Below, piece after piece: positions 62,491 through 64,000 of a stretch of DNA of 64,000 bases. Every line of letters begins with the position of its first letter. Within the stretch, counting starts at the first letter, position 1. This stretch comes from Dehalococcoidia bacterium (GTDB taxonomy: Bacteria > Chloroflexota > Dehalococcoidia > SM23-28-2 > RBG-16-64-32), in the NCBI GenBank assembly GCA_963665775.2, contig CAXXTF010000001.1:64001-128000 (forward strand). Direction: 5' to 3'. The notes under the pieces are model-generated. The model saw only the letters and a program-made list of their open reading frames with translations, was not told the DNA's origin and did no database searches. The position numbers and the translations under genes were made by a program.

Positions 62491-63459
62491 CTAGCTCCCC
62501 GAGGCTACCGGCGACTCGATGGGTTGGACCTTGACGCGGGGGAGGAGCATGTCCACCTCTCGGCGCTCACAGAGCTCGGTCCCCGGAGTAAGGACGGTAG
62601 CGGTGCCGGCGGCAATGCCCAGACGCAGCCCCTCCTCCAGGTCACCGCCCTGGCTCAACGTGAGCAGCACGCCGGCAAGCAAGGCGTCGCCCGAACCGAC
62701 AGCGCTGACCGAACGCACACGGGGCGCCACACCGCGCAAGCAAGAGTTATCGCTCAGCGCTACGGCGCCTTCGCGGCCCCGGGTCACCACCACCCTAGGA
62801 ATCCCCTGCCGATGCACAGTTCCCGCCGCCTCCAGTGTCGACGCCTCGTCGTCGAGATGCCGGCCCAGCAGCCGCTCCAGCTCACGGCGGTTCGACTTCA
62901 CCATCTCCGGATGGGCGGACACTCCAGCCTCCAGAGCGGCGCCGTCGGCGTCCAGTACCGGATGGGCGCCCATATCGCGAGCCTCCGTGATGATCTGGGC
63001 GTACACCTCAGGCCCGATGGGTGGCGGGATGCTCCCCGCCAGCACCAGCCAGTCGCCCGGCCGCAGCCGCCTGCGCAGGCGCTCCCTCAGCTCCTCGACG
63101 TCGCGAGGATCCGTCTCGGGACCGGGGTCGCTGAGGATGGTGTGCATGTGACGCGTCTCATCCAAAATCGTGATGTTGGTCCTGGTCTCCCCCCTGGTGT
63201 GCACGAAGTCACAGGCGATACCCTGGGCCCGCGGGGTCTGGGCCTGCAGGGTCTGCTCAATGTATCGGCCCAGCCCTCCCGGCGCCAATCCCATCGCCAG
63301 GCTCTCACCGCCCAACTCCCTGATCACCCGCGAGACGTTGATCCCCTTGCCGCCGGGGTCGAAGCGGCTGGACTTCACACGAATGGTATCCCCGGCAACG
63401 AATCTGGGGAGCACCAACGTCTGATCGATGGCCGGGTTGAGGGTGACGGTGACGATCAT
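62491..63459 (-). CDS. 1-phosphofructokinase-family (PfkB) kinase
   Basis: TVTLNPAID, GGKGINVS, AVGSGDA. Confidence 0.94.
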   Translation of the reverse strand: MIVTVTLNPAIDQTLVLPRFVAGDTIRVKSSRFDPGGKGINVSRVIRELGGESLAMGLAPGGLGRYIEQTLQAQTPRAQGIACDFVHTRGETRTNITILDETRHMHTILSDPGPETDPRDVEELRERLRRRLRPGDWLVLAGSIPPPIGPEVYAQIITEARDMGAHPVLDADGAALEAGVSAHPEMVKSNRRELERLLGRHLDDEASTLEAAGTVHRQGIPRVVVTRGREGAVALSDNSCLRGVAPRVRSVSAVGSGDALLAGVLLTLSQGGDLEEGLRLGIAAGTATVLTPGTELCERREVDMLLPRVKVQPIESPVASGS

Positions 63460-64000
63460 GAGCTTTCGGGCAGGATCATCCCATAGTCTCCGTCCTGACG
63501 CCGGTACAGAAGGGCCAGTATATCCTTATCGGCATCGCGGAACAGGAAGAAGGTGTGGCCAAGGAGCTCCATCTGCTATATCGCCTCGGCCTCCGTCATC
63601 GGCTTCATGGCGAAGCGCTTGACCTTCACGACGCGACCGGACACCAGCTCGGCTCCGGGTGGCAGCGGCGCTTCCGCTTCGTCGCCTTGGGACGCCGCCA
63701 GCCATTCTTCCTTGTTCCTCCGGCGCTCGCTGCGGTATAGCTTCTTCTCCTTGAGCCGCTTCACCTGCTGGGAAAGGGCAGCGGACCTGGCATCGACGGC
63801 GACCATCAGATCGAAGTTGCGCTCCTCTGCTCTTAAGAACGTGCCGCTAGCGTTCAGGGTTACCTGCACCACGAACCGGCCGCCATCTCCCTTCGCCTCC
63901 CGCCGCACATCTACGATGGCATGTTCCACCGCCGGCAGATAGCGGGCCAACCGGTCGAGCTTCTGGCCCGCGTAGCCGCGGAACTCATCACTAACGGTCA
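63456..64000 (-). CDS. hpf: Long ribosome hibernation promoting factor (5' truncated by window) with internal TAG at 63576-63578
   Basis: VKVKRFAMKPMTEAEAI-TAG-QMELLGHTFFLF...LYRRQDGDYGMI; true stop TGA overlaps the PfkB ATG. Confidence 0.85.

Noticed and set aside
63576-63578. Genome-wide TAG reassignment or pyrrolysine
   Set aside because: TAG terminates many intact genes here (e.g. 7538, 11969, dnaK, hrcA); no pyl genes in the window

Overview
High-GC bacterial chromosome segment, most likely Chloroflexota (Dehalococcoidia-like). This is an inference from the rplI-dnaB-dnaD-duplicated dnaC block, hrcA/CIRCE and gene content. Bases ~1-15.6 kb are accessory-like: a degenerate GGDEF protein, a low-GC GyrI-like gene, a P-type ATPase, a UGA-containing (selenocysteine) peroxiredoxin missed by the ORF track, a three-domain nucleotidyltransferase/CDP-alcohol phosphotransferase/HAD fusion, and a decayed island at tRNA-Arg(CCT) bounded by repeats of the tRNA 5' end. 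The rest is mostly housekeeping: hrcA-grpE-dnaK, purQ, purL, moaDE, replication genes, mnmA, rsfS, ndk, thiL-tsaE-tsaB, gyrA, hom/thrC, folE, rpsF-ssb-rpsR, glyA and hpf. It also holds an MshA/PIG-L/GNAT cluster. The window has five tRNAs and several REP-like palindromes. The best candidates for new biology are the trifunctional di-inositol-phosphate-type enzyme, the MshC-less mycothiol-like cluster, and the 5'-end tRNA integration scar. No CRISPR array, rRNA or intact mobile element is visible. All family assignments come from motif recognition by eye; no searches were run.
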